Below, one piece after another: positions 35,352 through 46,023 of a stretch of 64,000 nt of DNA. This DNA comes from Betaproteobacteria bacterium. GTDB taxonomy: Bacteria; Pseudomonadota; Gammaproteobacteria; Burkholderiales; SHXO01. Each line of letters opens with the position of its first letter. The stretch's first letter is position 1. Where the stretch lies: positions 16,620-80,619 of the forward strand of contig JANXRW010000070.1 of the NCBI GenBank assembly GCA_025356655.1, in the 5' to 3' direction. Both the position numbers and the translations under genes were made by a program. The notes under the pieces are model-generated. The model saw nothing but the letters and a program-made list of their open reading frames with translations, did not search any database and had not been told where the DNA came from.

Positions 35352-36583
35352 TGCAGGTTCGGCTCCTGGTGAGTGTGTGCGCCGGAGCGCTCCCAGCGCT
35401 CCAGTAGCGGGATCATGTGCGCGATGAGCAGCCGTGCTTGCTCGAGCTTCGGTCCCCGAGGTAGCGGGTGCCGCCCGGCGTCATCGAAGAGGATCAGCGC
35501 GTTGTCCTGCGCACCGATGGCCGTCTCGGCAGCGTTTGCCGCGAGCAGCGGCAGTTGCTTGCGACGGCGTTTCTCCTCGGCGTAGCGCTCGAGGTCCTGG
35601 CTCTCGGCGGCAAACCCGACACAAAAGGGAGCGCCTGGCCGAGTGGAAAGAGTGGCTAGGATGTCCTCGGTCGGCTCGAGCTCCAGGGTGAGCGTCTGCG
35701 TCGATTTCTTAAGCTTCTGCTTGCAAATCTGAGTCGGCCGGTAATCGGCTACGGCTGCTACGCCAATGAAGACATGGCAGCGCGCCACGTGCGCTTCAAC
35801 GGCCGCGAGCATCTGTGCAGCGGACTCTACGGGCACCAGGAGCGTGCCGGGTGGCGGCGCAAGCGCTACCGGGCCCGATACCAGAGTGACCTCGGCGCCG
35901 GCCTCACGGGCCGCCTGGGCCAGGGCATAGCCCATGCGTCCGGAACTACGATTAGTAATGCCCCGCACCACGTCGATCGCCTCAAAGGTGGGGCCGGCGG
36001 TGAGCAGAACGCGCCGCCCAGCTAAGGGACCTGGGCCCAGGCGGGACTCCACTTGCCGGAGGATGTCTTCGGGCTCTAGCATGCGGCCTTCGCCGGTCTC
36101 CCCGCAGGCTTGGACCCCGCTGTCAGGACCCAGAATCTGCACGCCGTCGGCGCGCAGTTGCGCCACGTTTCGCCCGGTGGCGGGGTTGTCCCACATTTGC
36201 CAGTTCATCGCCGGAGCGACCGCCAGTGGGCAGGCACGTGCCAAGCACAGCGTGGACAGCAGGTCGTCTGCCCGCCCCCCCGCCAAACGGGCGAGAAAGT
36301 CTGCACTGGCCGGCGCCACAACAATGAGGTCCCGGTCGCGCGAGAGGTCGATGTGCCCCATCCCGTTGGGCGTGCGGTCGCTCCACAGGTCTGATTCCAC
36401 CGGCTTGCCCGAGAGCGCCTGCAGCGTGGCCGCGGCCACGAAGCGTTGGGCGGCGGCCGTCATCACAACCTGTACGTCCATGCCCCGTTTCACGAGGAGC
36501 CGGCAAAGCACCGCCGCCTTGTAAGCGGCGATACCGCCGGTGATTCCCAGCAGGATACGCCGAGGCTTGGGGCTATCGGCCAC
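35348..36583 (-). CDS. coaBC: Bifunctional phosphopantothenoylcysteine decarboxylase/ligase
   Basis: [53 protein letters not shown]; AAGGAG SD before GTG 36583. Confidence 0.96.
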   Translation of the reverse strand: MADSPKPRRILLGITGGIAAYKAAVLCRLLVKRGMDVQVVMTAAAQRFVAAATLQALSGKPVESDLWSDRTPNGMGHIDLSRDRDLIVVAPASADFLARLAGGRADDLLSTLCLARACPLAVAPAMNWQMWDNPATGRNVAQLRADGVQILGPDSGVQACGETGEGRMLEPEDILRQVESRLGPGPLAGRRVLLTAGPTFEAIDVVRGITNRSSGRMGYALAQAAREAGAEVTLVSGPVALAPPPGTLLVPVESAAQMLAAVEAHVARCHVFIGVAAVADYRPTQICKQKLKKSTQTLTLELEPTEDILATLSTRPGAPFCVGFAAESQDLERYAEEKRRRKQLPLLAANAAETAIGAQDNALILFDDAGRHPLPRGPKLEQARLLIAHMIPLLERWERSGAHTHQEPNLQ

Positions 36584-37049
36584 AGGCTCACTCCTTGGCA
36601 ATTACGTAAGGCGCAGTGTAGCCGAAATGCTTGCCGACCCGGGCGAAAGCCCCCGTCCCGTGGCGCCCTGGGGAATAGCCCCAGGTCTGCTCATCGACAC
36701 ACACCACTGGTGGCTTAGAACCCTTCTCTCGCCGCCACCCAAGCGACTTCGGGAGGCAATAATCCATCGGGCGGCCCCGGGGTTGAGCTGGGAGCCCGCC
36801 GGCATGGGATCGGCATAGCGGGCGTTGCGCCCATGGCCGAGGACTTGAGTCTGAGCGACTGATGCACGGGCCCACCCTGGTCCCGCTAACCTGCGCAGCC
36901 GAGAGGCCGATCGGGCGGGGGGGGGGCGCAACAGCGACACCGAACGGCTCCGGCCATCCGCTCGGATCCTCCCGGTTCGCAGGGAGGCCATTTGTGTAGC
37001 GGAACCCGGTAGGAAAGCGGCGGTGTCGAGCAAAAATGGCGTTGGAGCG

Positions 37050-37395
37050 AGACGCCAATTCTTCGGTCTGCAGGCTCGGTGCGGCGCACTTCCGCTGGGT
37101 CATGGCGACGGTGCCGCAATAGCCGGTGAAGCAGCCCTCTTCATCGTCGGCGGCCTCGCCGCTGATGCATGAGTGGCCAACGCTTCCAACCGCGTGGACG
37201 ACCACAAGCGGAGAGTGGAAAAACGCCCAACGTGCGTCACGCCGACATTGAGTTCTGAGGCAAAAGTACGGCCCCCAAGGAGAAAAAGCCAATGGGGGTC
37301 TTCTCCGCGAAAACCTCAACCAGTGCCCCGTTTGTCATTGGACTTAAAAGAACAATTATGGCTGGCACTCACGCCCAGATGCGCTCCTTGAGCCG
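37050..37395 (-). pseudogene. Probable decayed PAS/PAC-domain gene fragment
   Basis: Minus-strand translation GSVGHSCISGEAADDEEGCFTGYCGTVAMTQRKCAAPSL resembles the PAC pattern GSVRWISISGEP-x2-D-x2-GRFTGYRGT-x2-DITERK-x-AE; upstream pieces carry stops and frameshifts. Confidence 0.5.
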
Positions 37396-37656
37396 GGGGG
37401 GGCTGTGCAGTAGCCAACACAAGTGGGGCTGATCCGGCGGGCGGCGGAGATCTTGCGGCACGCGTCGTTAGCACCCACGGCAATTAAGTCCGGAACGGAA
37501 GACCTGCTGCTCGTCGCTCCCTCTGGGCGAGCATGGCCAGACGATGGGGGCTTTCAGGGTAGCTCGGTTGCTTCGCGTCGCTCACACTCCTCCTCCCCCT
37601 AACCAACGGTCAGGGAAGCGGGCGCCGGCCGGGTGCGCGCAACCCATGGGAGGCCT

Positions 37657-38331
37657 GTGGCAATTACCGATTGGCCGGAGGCGGAGCGCCCCCGAGAGCG
37701 ACTGTTGCGGCTGGGCCCGCGTGCGGTGAGTGACGCCGAACTCTTGGCTGTGCTGTTGCGAAGTGGGATCGCGGGGCGCAATGCGCTGGATCTCGGGCGA
37801 GATCTTCTCTGCCGCTTTGGCAATCTGGCCGCGCTCTTCGCTGCCGGAGTGGACCGCCTAGGAGCCGTGCCCGGCGTAGGCAAGGTCCGCGCCTTGCAGC
37901 TGCAAGCGGCGCTGGAACTCACCCGACGGGCGCTCGGGGAGGAGATCCAGGCCGGTCTGAGCCTGACCTCGCCGGGCTCGGTCCGCGACTTTCTGCCCCT
38001 GACGCTGCTGCGCCAAGATAAGGAAGTATTTCTCGCCATCTTCCTCGACGCGCAGCACCGGGTCCTGGTGACCGAGGAACTATCCCAGGGGACCCTGACT
38101 CAGACCTCGGTCTACCCGCGGGAAGTGGTCAGGCGGGTGTTGCACCACAATGCCGCGGCGGTAATTTTTGCGCATAACCATCCCTCGGGGGTTGCTGAAC
38201 CCAGTCGCGAGGACGAACTCCTCACTCGGGCACTGCGCGAAGCCCTTGCGCTGGTTGACGTCAAGGTCCTCGACCACTTTATCGTGGGCGGCGCTGGGGC
38301 CATGTCCTTCGCGGAGCGCGGCTTGCTGTGA
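37657..38331 (+). CDS. radC: RadC/JAB (UPF0758) protein
   Basis: AITDWPEAERPRERLL, SDAELLA, VYPREV, AHNHPSG, VLDHFIV; GGGAGG SD before GTG. Confidence 0.95.
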   Translation: MAITDWPEAERPRERLLRLGPRAVSDAELLAVLLRSGIAGRNALDLGRDLLCRFGNLAALFAAGVDRLGAVPGVGKVRALQLQAALELTRRALGEEIQAGLSLTSPGSVRDFLPLTLLRQDKEVFLAIFLDAQHRVLVTEELSQGTLTQTSVYPREVVRRVLHHNAAAVIFAHNHPSGVAEPSREDELLTRALREALALVDVKVLDHFIVGGAGAMSFAERGLL

Positions 38332-38346
38332 ACTTGGGGAGGGGAC

Positions 38347-38375
38347 TTGAGCTTGCGGCGCCGGCGTGCTATAAA
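38347..38375 (+). promoter_or_regulatory. Candidate sigma70 promoter of rpmB-rpmG
   Basis: TTGAGC, 17 nt, TATAAA with TG extension (TGCTATAAA). Confidence 0.55.
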
Positions 38376-38413
38376 TGCGGGTTCTCGAGATGCAACTCTA
38401 GGCAGGAACAGTC

Positions 38414-38650
38414 ATGGCACGAGTTTGTGAAGTAACCGGCAAAAAACCGATGAAAGGAAACCGCGTTTCCCACGCCAATAACAGGACGCTACGGCGATTC
38501 CTGCCGAATCTGCAATCTCGCCGTTTCTGGGTGGAGAGCGAGAACCGCTGGATTCGATTGCGCGTGAGCGGGGCCGGTCTGCGCACGATCGACAAGAAAG
38601 GCATTGATGTGGTCCTGTCGGAGATGCGCGCCCAGGGCGCGAAAGTCTGA
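38414..38650 (+). CDS. rpmB: 50S ribosomal protein L28
   Basis: [34 protein letters not shown]. Confidence 0.98.
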   Translation: MARVCEVTGKKPMKGNRVSHANNRTLRRFLPNLQSRRFWVESENRWIRLRVSGAGLRTIDKKGIDVVLSEMRAQGAKV

Positions 38651-38691
38651 CGAGCAGCCGCGGCTGGCTCCATTTACGCTAAGGAACGATC

Positions 38692-38847
38692 ATGCGCGAA
38701 AAAATCAAACTCGAATCGACGGCCGGAACGGGTCACTTCTACACGACGACCAAGAACAAGCGGACTACGCCTGACAAGCTCGAATTCAAGAAATTCGATC
38801 CGGTCGCGCGCAAGCACGTGGCCTACAAGGAAACGAAGCTGAAGTAG
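38692..38847 (+). CDS. rpmG: 50S ribosomal protein L33 (Cys-free form)
   Basis: Below the track cutoff: [51 protein letters not shown]. Confidence 0.98.
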   Translation: MREKIKLESTAGTGHFYTTTKNKRTTPDKLEFKKFDPVARKHVAYKETKLK

Positions 38848-38867
38848 GTAAGCGCGGCAGATAGCAC

Positions 38868-38901
38868 AAAAGAACCCCGGCAACCCCGGGGTTTTCTTAT
38901 T
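38868..38901 (+). terminator. Intrinsic terminator after rpmG (possibly bidirectional)
   Basis: AACCCCGG-CAACC-CCGGGGTT then TTCTTATT; A-run on the 5' side. Confidence 0.85.
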
Positions 38902-38929
38902 GAGTTCCCTCGCTGCGCCCGCTCACCGG

Positions 38930-38970
38930 CGCCAATCGCCCCCGCGCGTGGCCGGCGCGGGCGATTGGCG
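38930..38970. repeat. Inverted repeat at the 3' end of the desaturase gene
   Basis: CGCCAATCGCCC ... GGGCGATTGGCG, 12-bp perfect arms, immediately after the stop codon. Confidence 0.6.
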
Positions 38971-38972
38971 GG

Positions 38973-40151
38973 TCAGACGTAGCCGCGAAGGGTGCGGGAG
39001 AAATCTTGTAGCGGTGCGATGCCGCTTAGCTCGGCGCGCCGACACCAGTCTTCCAACTGCGACAGCAACTGCTCCTTGGAGGCCGTGGAGCGAGCCCACA
39101 GAGCGCTTAGCTCCTGGCGCATGGAGACGATGGTGTCGAGTACGGTACTGGCTTTGCGCGCCTCTTCCAGGTGCGCTCGGTCGTTGGCCTCGAGCGCGGC
39201 CGTGTCGCGATGCAGCCAGCGCTTCAGTTGGGCCGGATCCACCCGGTAGCCGTGCTGACGCAGCGTCTCCAGTTCAGCGCCCCAGGCTCGCCTCAGGCTG
39301 CGCACGAAGCGCTGCACCACCTCGTAGCGATGGGTGATGACGGCCTGCAGTGTATCCAGGTCGCAAACCGCCTTACCTGGGTCGATGCGTAGCCGTGGCG
39401 CTAGCTTGCGTACTTTGGCGAGGCCCAGGATCTCCAGGAGGCGAATGTACATCCAGCCGATGTCGAACTCGTACCATTTGGCAGAGAGCCGGGCGGAAGT
39501 GCCATACGCGTGATGGTTGTTGTGAAGTTCCTCTCCGCCGATGAGGATCCCCCAGGGCAAGATGTTCGTGCTGGTGTCCTCGGTTTGAAAGTTCCGATAT
39601 CCCGAGTGATGACCGACCCCGTTGATCACACCCGCGGCCAGCACGGGGATCCACAGCATCTGCACCGCCCAGATGACGACCCCGACGACGCCGAAGAGAA
39701 TCAGGTCGACCAACAGCATCAGTGACACGCCCAGCACGGAGTGATGGTACACATTACGTTCCATCCAATCGTGCGGGGTGCCGTGGCCGTACCGCTCGAT
39801 GGTCTGCGCGTCGGCAGCGGCCGCCCGGTACAACTCTGCACCGTGCGTCACCACGTGCTTCAAGCCGAGCACCTTGGGGCTGTGCGGGTCTTCCGCGGTC
39901 TCCACTTTCGCGTGGTGCTTACGGTGCACGGCTGTCCACTTCTGCGTCTCCATGCCGGTGGTCATCCACAGCCAGAATCGGAAGAAATGGCTCACCGCCG
40001 GGTGCAGATCCAGGGCTCGGTGCGCCGAGTGGCGGTGCAGGTAGATCGTGACCCCGGCGATGGTGATGTGGGTTACCGCCAGCGTGAAGACCACGTAACC
40101 CCACCAGGGCAGCGACAGCACGCCCGCCGCCAGCGCGAAGATGTATTCCAT
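38973..40151 (-). CDS. Delta-9 acyl-lipid/CoA desaturase (DesA-like)
   Basis: His boxes YLHRHSAH, HRKHH, EELHNNHH; WYEFDIGW. Confidence 0.93.
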   Translation of the reverse strand: MEYIFALAAGVLSLPWWGYVVFTLAVTHITIAGVTIYLHRHSAHRALDLHPAVSHFFRFWLWMTTGMETQKWTAVHRKHHAKVETAEDPHSPKVLGLKHVVTHGAELYRAAAADAQTIERYGHGTPHDWMERNVYHHSVLGVSLMLLVDLILFGVVGVVIWAVQMLWIPVLAAGVINGVGHHSGYRNFQTEDTSTNILPWGILIGGEELHNNHHAYGTSARLSAKWYEFDIGWMYIRLLEILGLAKVRKLAPRLRIDPGKAVCDLDTLQAVITHRYEVVQRFVRSLRRAWGAELETLRQHGYRVDPAQLKRWLHRDTAALEANDRAHLEEARKASTVLDTIVSMRQELSALWARSTASKEQLLSQLEDWCRRAELSGIAPLQDFSRTLRGYV

Positions 40152-40278
40152 GGAATTGAGATGTCCCTTTGTTGGAAGCCAGCCCGAATTATACGCTTGT
40201 ACGCGACCGCGCAACGTGCTCTAGCGCGCTAACCCCTTGTTCCAATTAGCGGCTTGGCGCACACAAGCTTGAGAGCGC

Positions 40279-41592
40279 TCAAGCGGGAGCGCGTTGTAGT
40301 ACCGCGGCATAGAACCCATCCATCCCATGGGTGTGGGGCAGGACGCGGAAGTCGCCGGCCGTGGAGAGCGCGATGCCGTGCTCGGCCAGAATGGCCTGGC
40401 AGTCCTGGCGGCTGAAGCCCGGACGATCGGCGAGGAAGGCCTCGACCACCGCCTCGTTTTCTTCATGCAGCAGGCTGCAGGTGGCGTAGACCAAGCGCCC
40501 GCCAGGCTGCACTAGGCGGCTGGCCGCGTTGATGATAGAACGCTGCCGGTGCACGAGTTCCAAGACACCGGCAGCGTTCTGACGCCACTTGAGATCGGGG
40601 TTGCGTCGCAGGGTGCCCAGGCCGCTGCAGGGGACGTCGAGCAGCACCCGGTGGATCTTGCCCGCCAGTCGCCCCACGCGCGGGTCGGTCTCGCGATCGA
40701 TCAACTGCGGATGGACGTTGGAAAGGCCGGAGCGCTTGAGCCTCGGGCGCAGGTTGTCCAGGCGCCGCGCCGAGGTGTCGAAGGCATAAAGGCGTCCCTC
40801 CGAGCGCATCAACGCGCCAAGGGCCAGGGTCTTCCCGCCGGCTCCGGCGCAGAAATCCACCACCATTTCTCGGCGGCGCGGCGCGACCAGGAAGGCGATC
40901 AACTGGCTGCCCTCGTCCTGGACCTCCACCTCGCCGGACTGCAGAAGGCGGTGCCCCACCAGCGAAGGCTTGCCCGGAAGGCGCACCCCGAGTGGGGAGT
41001 AGGGCGTCGGATGCGCCTCCAGCCCGTCATGTTTGAGTGCGGCCAGCACGGCGTCGCGACTGGTGCGTAGAACGTTCACCCGCAGGTCCAGAGGGGCTGG
41101 GCGGTTTAGCGCCTCCAGCATGGGTCCGATGTCCGCGTGCGGGCGTTCGGCGTCGAGTCGCTGTGCAAGCCAGTCCGGGATGCTCTCGCGCAGGGCCAGT
41201 GGCAGCAAGGAGAGATCGCGCGCGCACAAGTCCTCCAGCCACTGCGCCTCGCCCTCGCGCAGCACCGTCAGGAAGTCCGTCAGCGGACGTCTGTCCACCA
41301 GCGCCAGCGCCGCCAGTGCGATGCTGCGGTCGGTCGGGGGCTGGGCGAGGCTCTCGAGCAGGCGCAGGTGGCGCAGGCAGGTAAACACGAGGTCGGCAAT
41401 GAATCCGCGGTCCTGGCTACCCAGTTCCGGGTGGTCGCGGAAGTATCGGCCGAGCACGGCGTCGGCCGGGTGCGTCATTCCGCGGGCGATCGCCAGCGCG
41501 GCGAGCGCGGCCGAGAGCCGCTGGCGACTGATCGGCGCCCGTCCCGTAGCTCGACGGGGCTCAGTTGGCGGGATAGCTGATTGCGGTGACAC
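40279..41592 (-). CDS. RsmB/NOP family SAM-dependent RNA m5C methyltransferase (start uncertain)
   Basis: EVQDEGSQL, VVDFCAGAGGKT, DVPCSGLGTLRRNP, YATCSLL, HGMDGFY. Confidence 0.92.
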   Translation of the reverse strand: MSPQSAIPPTEPRRATGRAPISRQRLSAALAALAIARGMTHPADAVLGRYFRDHPELGSQDRGFIADLVFTCLRHLRLLESLAQPPTDRSIALAALALVDRRPLTDFLTVLREGEAQWLEDLCARDLSLLPLALRESIPDWLAQRLDAERPHADIGPMLEALNRPAPLDLRVNVLRTSRDAVLAALKHDGLEAHPTPYSPLGVRLPGKPSLVGHRLLQSGEVEVQDEGSQLIAFLVAPRRREMVVDFCAGAGGKTLALGALMRSEGRLYAFDTSARRLDNLRPRLKRSGLSNVHPQLIDRETDPRVGRLAGKIHRVLLDVPCSGLGTLRRNPDLKWRQNAAGVLELVHRQRSIINAASRLVQPGGRLVYATCSLLHEENEAVVEAFLADRPGFSRQDCQAILAEHGIALSTAGDFRVLPHTHGMDGFYAAVLQRAPA

Positions 41593-42277
41593 TGGACTCA
41601 AAGGCGGTGCCGTCCTTTTCCGTGTATCTGATGCGAATGGGAAGGTAGTGCTGGGTGACGGCAAGCCAGACGTCGAAGGCGCGCTTGTCGTCATCCTCCT
41701 GGACCTTCTTCACGTGTAATGCCTCGAATTCGCCCAGGGGCGTGGAGATCTTCTCCCGGCCGAGGATAGCGTAACGGTAAGCCGTGAGGCGTTTGCCGTC
41801 CGTGAGGTGCAGTTCGATCTCCTTGCCCACTGGCGGCGTAAAGGCGAAGTTATACGCAAAACTCGTGGTGTCCCAGGTGTGCGGCGGCAGAGGAACCGTC
41901 TCGCGCCGCTCGCCACCTTCCTCCAGCGTCAGGGTCGCCGCCTCCCAGTCGAATTTCGCGCCTCGCAGAGGTGAACTGTTTCGCTGCTCGCTGAAGGACT
42001 GGGGGCGAAGGGTGCGCGCGACGACGTCGCCTTGGCTCTCGCGGCGGATGTTGTACTTGTAGAGTGCCGCCGCCATCCCCGTCGTGTGTGACTCGCTCAC
42101 GACCTTGTAGCGGCGCCCGGCATGCTCGAAGAGGTCCGTACCCTCGCCGATCTTCAGCGGGCCGATGCTGACCTGATAGCTGATCCGGATTCGAGGGGGC
42201 ACTGCCGCGGCCTCGGCGGCCTGCGCCGGCAAAGTGAGCGAGCCCAGCAAGACCAGCAGCAGGGTCCTAGCGTTCAT
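41561..42277 (-). CDS. DUF3108-type exported protein
   Basis: Signal peptide; GREKISTPLGEFEALHV, VWLA...YLPIRI; typical position between purN and the methyltransferase. Confidence 0.75.
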   Translation of the reverse strand: MNARTLLLVLLGSLTLPAQAAEAAAVPPRIRISYQVSIGPLKIGEGTDLFEHAGRRYKVVSESHTTGMAAALYKYNIRRESQGDVVARTLRPQSFSEQRNSSPLRGAKFDWEAATLTLEEGGERRETVPLPPHTWDTTSFAYNFAFTPPVGKEIELHLTDGKRLTAYRYAILGREKISTPLGEFEALHVKKVQEDDDKRAFDVWLAVTQHYLPIRIRYTEKDGTAFESSVTAISYPAN

Positions 42278-42909
42278 GGGAACTCCGGGTAACAGGCGGG
42301 CGGGGGGAAGTGCACGGGAGCCAGCACCCGCGCGCGACCGTCTTCCAGTGTCACGTGATCCTCAAGTATCCAGCGCACCACCTGCGCAAAGAGCCGGTGC
42401 TCCTGGGCCAGCACCCGGGTCGCCAGCGTGCGCTCGTCATCATCGGGGAGCACCGGCACGGCTGCCTGCGCGATGATGGGGCCGCCATCGAGTTCCGGGG
42501 TGACGTAGTGCACGGTGCAGCCGTGGAGTTTGACACCCGCGTCCAGCGCTCGGCGGTGGGTGTGCAGGCCGGGAAATGCGGGCAGCAGCGAGGGGTGGAT
42601 GTTGATCAGGCGACCGGCAAAGGCCTCCAGGAACACGGCCGTCAGTACCCGCATGAAACCCGCGAGGATGACCAGATCCGGTGCGTGGGCCTGCAGCGCA
42701 TCGGTAAGTGCGCGGTCGAAGGCCTCACGCGAAGAAAACGCACGGTGGTCGAGGGCCTGTGCGGGAATCCCCCGCGCACGCGCCACGTCTAGCCCGGCAG
42801 CGGCCGGATCGTTGCTGAGTACAGTCACGAACTGTGCCGGCAGGCCCGCGTCCAGCAGTGCGCCCAGGTTGCTGCCGCGGCCGGATATCAGGACCGCCAA
42901 GCGCTTCAT
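42274..42909 (-). CDS. purN: Phosphoribosylglycinamide formyltransferase
   Basis: LISGRGSNL, LAGFMRVL, NIHPSLLP, GCTVHYV, DGGPII. Confidence 0.97.
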   Translation of the reverse strand: MKRLAVLISGRGSNLGALLDAGLPAQFVTVLSNDPAAAGLDVARARGIPAQALDHRAFSSREAFDRALTDALQAHAPDLVILAGFMRVLTAVFLEAFAGRLINIHPSLLPAFPGLHTHRRALDAGVKLHGCTVHYVTPELDGGPIIAQAAVPVLPDDDERTLATRVLAQEHRLFAQVVRWILEDHVTLEDGRARVLAPVHFPPPACYPEFP

Positions 42910-42927
42910 CGAGCGGCCCAGGCCACG

Positions 42928-43977
42928 TCAGGGGTTCCGGCCAGGGTGCGGGTGGATCAGTGTCTGCGGCTCGTCGCCCTGACGGGCGCGAATCTCGCCG
43001 ATAGCCCAGGCGGTCTCCCCGGCCTCGCGCAGCACCTCCAGGGCGAGCCCCGCCTGCTGCGCAGATACCACCAATGCAAGGCCGATGCCGCAGTTGAAGA
43101 CGCGGTACATCTCCGCCTCCTCGACGTTGCCGCGTTCGCGCAGCCACTCAAAAATGGCAGGCCGCGGCCAGGCGCCCGCTTCCAGGTGGGCACTCAGGTG
43201 CTGGCCCAGCACCCGCGGGATATTGCCTACCAGCCCGCCGCCGGTGATATGGGCGATACCGCGCACCTCCACCTGGGCCAGGAGAGCGCGCAGGGCTCGC
43301 ACATAGATCCGGGTGGGCTTGAGCAGAACCTCGCCCAGGGGGCTGCCCTCGAAGTTTTCGGTGAGGGTCGCGCCACTGCGCTCGAGTACCTTACGGATGA
43401 GCGAATAGCCGTTGGAGTGGGGGCCGCTGGAAGCCAGTCCGAGCACCACGTCGCCCGAGGCGATGCGCTTGCCGTCGATAATTCGATCGTGTTCCACCAC
43501 GCCCACCGCGAAACCGGCCAAGTCATATTCCCCAGCGGGATACATGTCGGGCATTTCGGCGGTTTCACCGCCCACGAGAGCGCAGCCTGCGTCTTCGCAG
43601 CCGCGCGCGATGCCGGAGATGACACTAGCGGCGGTGTCCACATGCAGCTTGCCACAGGCGAAGTAGTCCAGGAAGAACAAGGGCTCGGCGCCCTGTACCA
43701 GGATATCGTTGACGCTCATGGCCACGAGGTCGATGCCCACGGTGTCGTGGCGGTTCATGGCGAAGGCGAGCCGCAGTTTCGTCCCTACGCCGTCGGTGCC
43801 GGACACGAGCACCGGGCGCCGGTAGCCGGGCGGCACCTCAAACAGGGCGCCGAAGCCGCCGATACCGCCGAGCACACCTTCGCGCAGCGTTTTGCGGGCG
43901 AGCGGCTTGATACGTTCGACCAGTTCGTCGCCGGCGTCGATGTCGACACCGGCGTCGGTATAGCGGAGGGTTTCCAT
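42928..43977 (-). CDS. purM: Phosphoribosylformylglycinamidine cyclo-ligase
   Basis: [51 protein letters not shown]. Confidence 0.97.
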   Translation of the reverse strand: METLRYTDAGVDIDAGDELVERIKPLARKTLREGVLGGIGGFGALFEVPPGYRRPVLVSGTDGVGTKLRLAFAMNRHDTVGIDLVAMSVNDILVQGAEPLFFLDYFACGKLHVDTAASVISGIARGCEDAGCALVGGETAEMPDMYPAGEYDLAGFAVGVVEHDRIIDGKRIASGDVVLGLASSGPHSNGYSLIRKVLERSGATLTENFEGSPLGEVLLKPTRIYVRALRALLAQVEVRGIAHITGGGLVGNIPRVLGQHLSAHLEAGAWPRPAIFEWLRERGNVEEAEMYRVFNCGIGLALVVSAQQAGLALEVLREAGETAWAIGEIRARQGDEPQTLIHPHPGRNP

Positions 43978-44199
43978 CGGGGCTGTGTTCCGGCGTTGGC
44001 GAGGATGCGGTATGAACTTGGCCAGAAGGCCGTGGACACGGGGCATGCGGCGATTTACGTTAACATGCCTGCTGATGATGCTGGCCTGTCGGTAGCGATG
44101 GCCTCGAAAGCCCCGGGCGGGCATCGAGCGGACTCGCCCGAGAAGCGTCCCTAAACGGCAAGCGTCCCCGAACCTTGATTTTACTACCGATCGGCTTTC

Positions 44200-45255
44200 A
44201 TGCGCTCAGAACTCGCCCGTTACGCGTCCTATTTGGTGTTCGTCGTCGTCGCGCTGGCCACGCTTCGGTTGCTGGGACACGTCCTGGCGCCATTCCTCGG
44301 GGCGGCGATACTGGCCTACGTGTTCGTTCCGCTGGTGGATCGCCTCGAGCGGCGAGGCGTCCCGCGGACGCTCGGCGTGGTACTGGTGTTCGGGGTGATC
44401 CTGGCCTCCCTGTTCGGCCTGCTGCTCGTGCTCGTCCCGCTGGTGGAGCGCCAGGTGTCCTCGCTCCTGCAGGGCCTGCCCGCGGCCCTGGACTGGCTGC
44501 GCACCCGGGCACTGCCCTGGGTCTCCACGGCGATGGGAACCGAGGTCGTTCTGGACTCCGAGGCCCTCAAGGCGAGTTTGATGGAACGTCTCAAGGGCAA
44601 CGGCGGTGTCCTGGCCCAGTGGCTCGGATCGGTCACCTTCGAGGGGCTGGCGCTGCTGGGCACGCTGGCGACCGTGGCGCTGGTGCCACTGGTGCTGTTC
44701 TACTTTCTGCGGGACTGGCCGACGCTACTCGGCGCGATCGCTGACCTAGTGCCGCGCCGACACCTCGCCGCGGTGAGTGCAGTGGCAAAACAGGTCGACG
44801 GCGTGCTCGGCGAGTTTTTGCGCGGCCAATTGGCGGTGATGGCGGCGCTGGGCTTTTATTACACGGTGGCGCTCCGCTTGGCGGGGCTAGACTCGGCGCT
44901 TTCCATCGGCGTGCTTACCGGACTGTTCGCCTTCGTGCCCTACCTCGGATTCAGCCTTGGGATGGTGCTGTCGATCTTTGCCTCATTCACGCAGAATCAC
45001 GGCGCGGCGGGGCTGTTGCCCGTGGCTGCGATCTACGGCGTGGGACAGGTGCTCGAAGGCTACGTGCTGACCCCCTGGTTAGTCGGCGAGCGGATCGGAC
45101 TGCACCCGGTCGTCGTGATTTTGTCGATTCTCGCCTTCGGTCAACTGCTCGGTTTCGTGGGTGTGCTCCTGGCCCTGCCGCTGGCAGCCAGTTGCTTGGT
45201 GCTGTTGCGGCACCTGCGGGGTCGTTATCACGCGAGCGGGCTCTACCGGGAGTGA
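44200..45255 (+). CDS. AI-2E family transporter (PerM-like)
   Basis: Multi-TM; [38 protein letters not shown]. Confidence 0.9.
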   Translation: MRSELARYASYLVFVVVALATLRLLGHVLAPFLGAAILAYVFVPLVDRLERRGVPRTLGVVLVFGVILASLFGLLLVLVPLVERQVSSLLQGLPAALDWLRTRALPWVSTAMGTEVVLDSEALKASLMERLKGNGGVLAQWLGSVTFEGLALLGTLATVALVPLVLFYFLRDWPTLLGAIADLVPRRHLAAVSAVAKQVDGVLGEFLRGQLAVMAALGFYYTVALRLAGLDSALSIGVLTGLFAFVPYLGFSLGMVLSIFASFTQNHGAAGLLPVAAIYGVGQVLEGYVLTPWLVGERIGLHPVVVILSILAFGQLLGFVGVLLALPLAASCLVLLRHLRGRYHASGLYRE

Positions 45256-45935
45256 TGCGCCAGCAGATTCTGGAACTCCTGCCGCCAGCGCAGCCGACCC
45301 TGGAGGAGTTCGTACCCGGGCGCAACGTCGAGGCGCACGCTGCGGTCGCCGCGCTTGCGCGCGCCGAAGGGCGGGAGCGCTTCGTCTACGTCTGGGGGGC
45401 GCCCGGGTGCGGCCGCACGCATCTGCTGCGGGCTGCCGTGGCCAAGGCGGGGCCCGGGGCCGCCTATCTGCAGGACCCGGCCTTGGCGGGCTCCTTGCCT
45501 GGGCAGGCACTGCTCGCCGTCGATGATCTCGATGCGCTACCGGAAGCCGGCCAGGGTGCGCTCTTCACCCTGCACAACAGGATCCGGGACGACCCCCAGG
45601 GCCGCCTGCTCTGCGCAGGCCAAGCGCCGCCCGCGCGCCTTGGTCTGCGCGCGGATCTCGCGACCCGGTTGGCCGCGGGATTGGTGTTCCAGATACACAC
45701 CCTGAGCGACGAGGAGAAACTGCTCGCACTCGTCGGGCGGGCGCGTGGGCGCGGTTTCCTGCTCCCCGAGGAGGCAGCCCACCACATCCTGTCGCATAGT
45801 GCGCGCGATCTGGGCTCGCTCTTTGTCGTGCTCGACGCCATCGACCGCTACTCTCTTGCCGCGTTGCAACCGGTGACGCTGTCCTTGGTTCGGCGTGTCC
45901 TCCCAAGGGCGGCATCGGGACCAGCCCCCGTCTAG
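45255..45935 (+). CDS. hda: DnaA regulatory inactivator Hda
   Basis: MRQQILEL clamp-like motif, FVPGRN, WGAPGCGRTHLL, DLATRL, IDRYSL; conserved purM-perM-hda context. Confidence 0.9.
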   Translation: MRQQILELLPPAQPTLEEFVPGRNVEAHAAVAALARAEGRERFVYVWGAPGCGRTHLLRAAVAKAGPGAAYLQDPALAGSLPGQALLAVDDLDALPEAGQGALFTLHNRIRDDPQGRLLCAGQAPPARLGLRADLATRLAAGLVFQIHTLSDEEKLLALVGRARGRGFLLPEEAAHHILSHSARDLGSLFVVLDAIDRYSLAALQPVTLSLVRRVLPRAASGPAPV

Positions 45936-46023
45936 ACGGGGTTTTCCGCTACAATCCGCTGCAAAGTGGGACCCGCCGCCAGCCTCTCATCTTCCAGCCT
46001 CCCATCTTCGCGATCCAAACCGC

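Noticed and set aside
37657-38331. radC as a marker of a mobile element
   Set aside because: Full-length form in the conserved coaBC-radC-rpmBG location.
38973-39350. C-terminal helical extension of the desaturase, a region sometimes labelled transposase-like
   Set aside because: In frame with the desaturase and normal for this family; no terminal repeats or target duplication.
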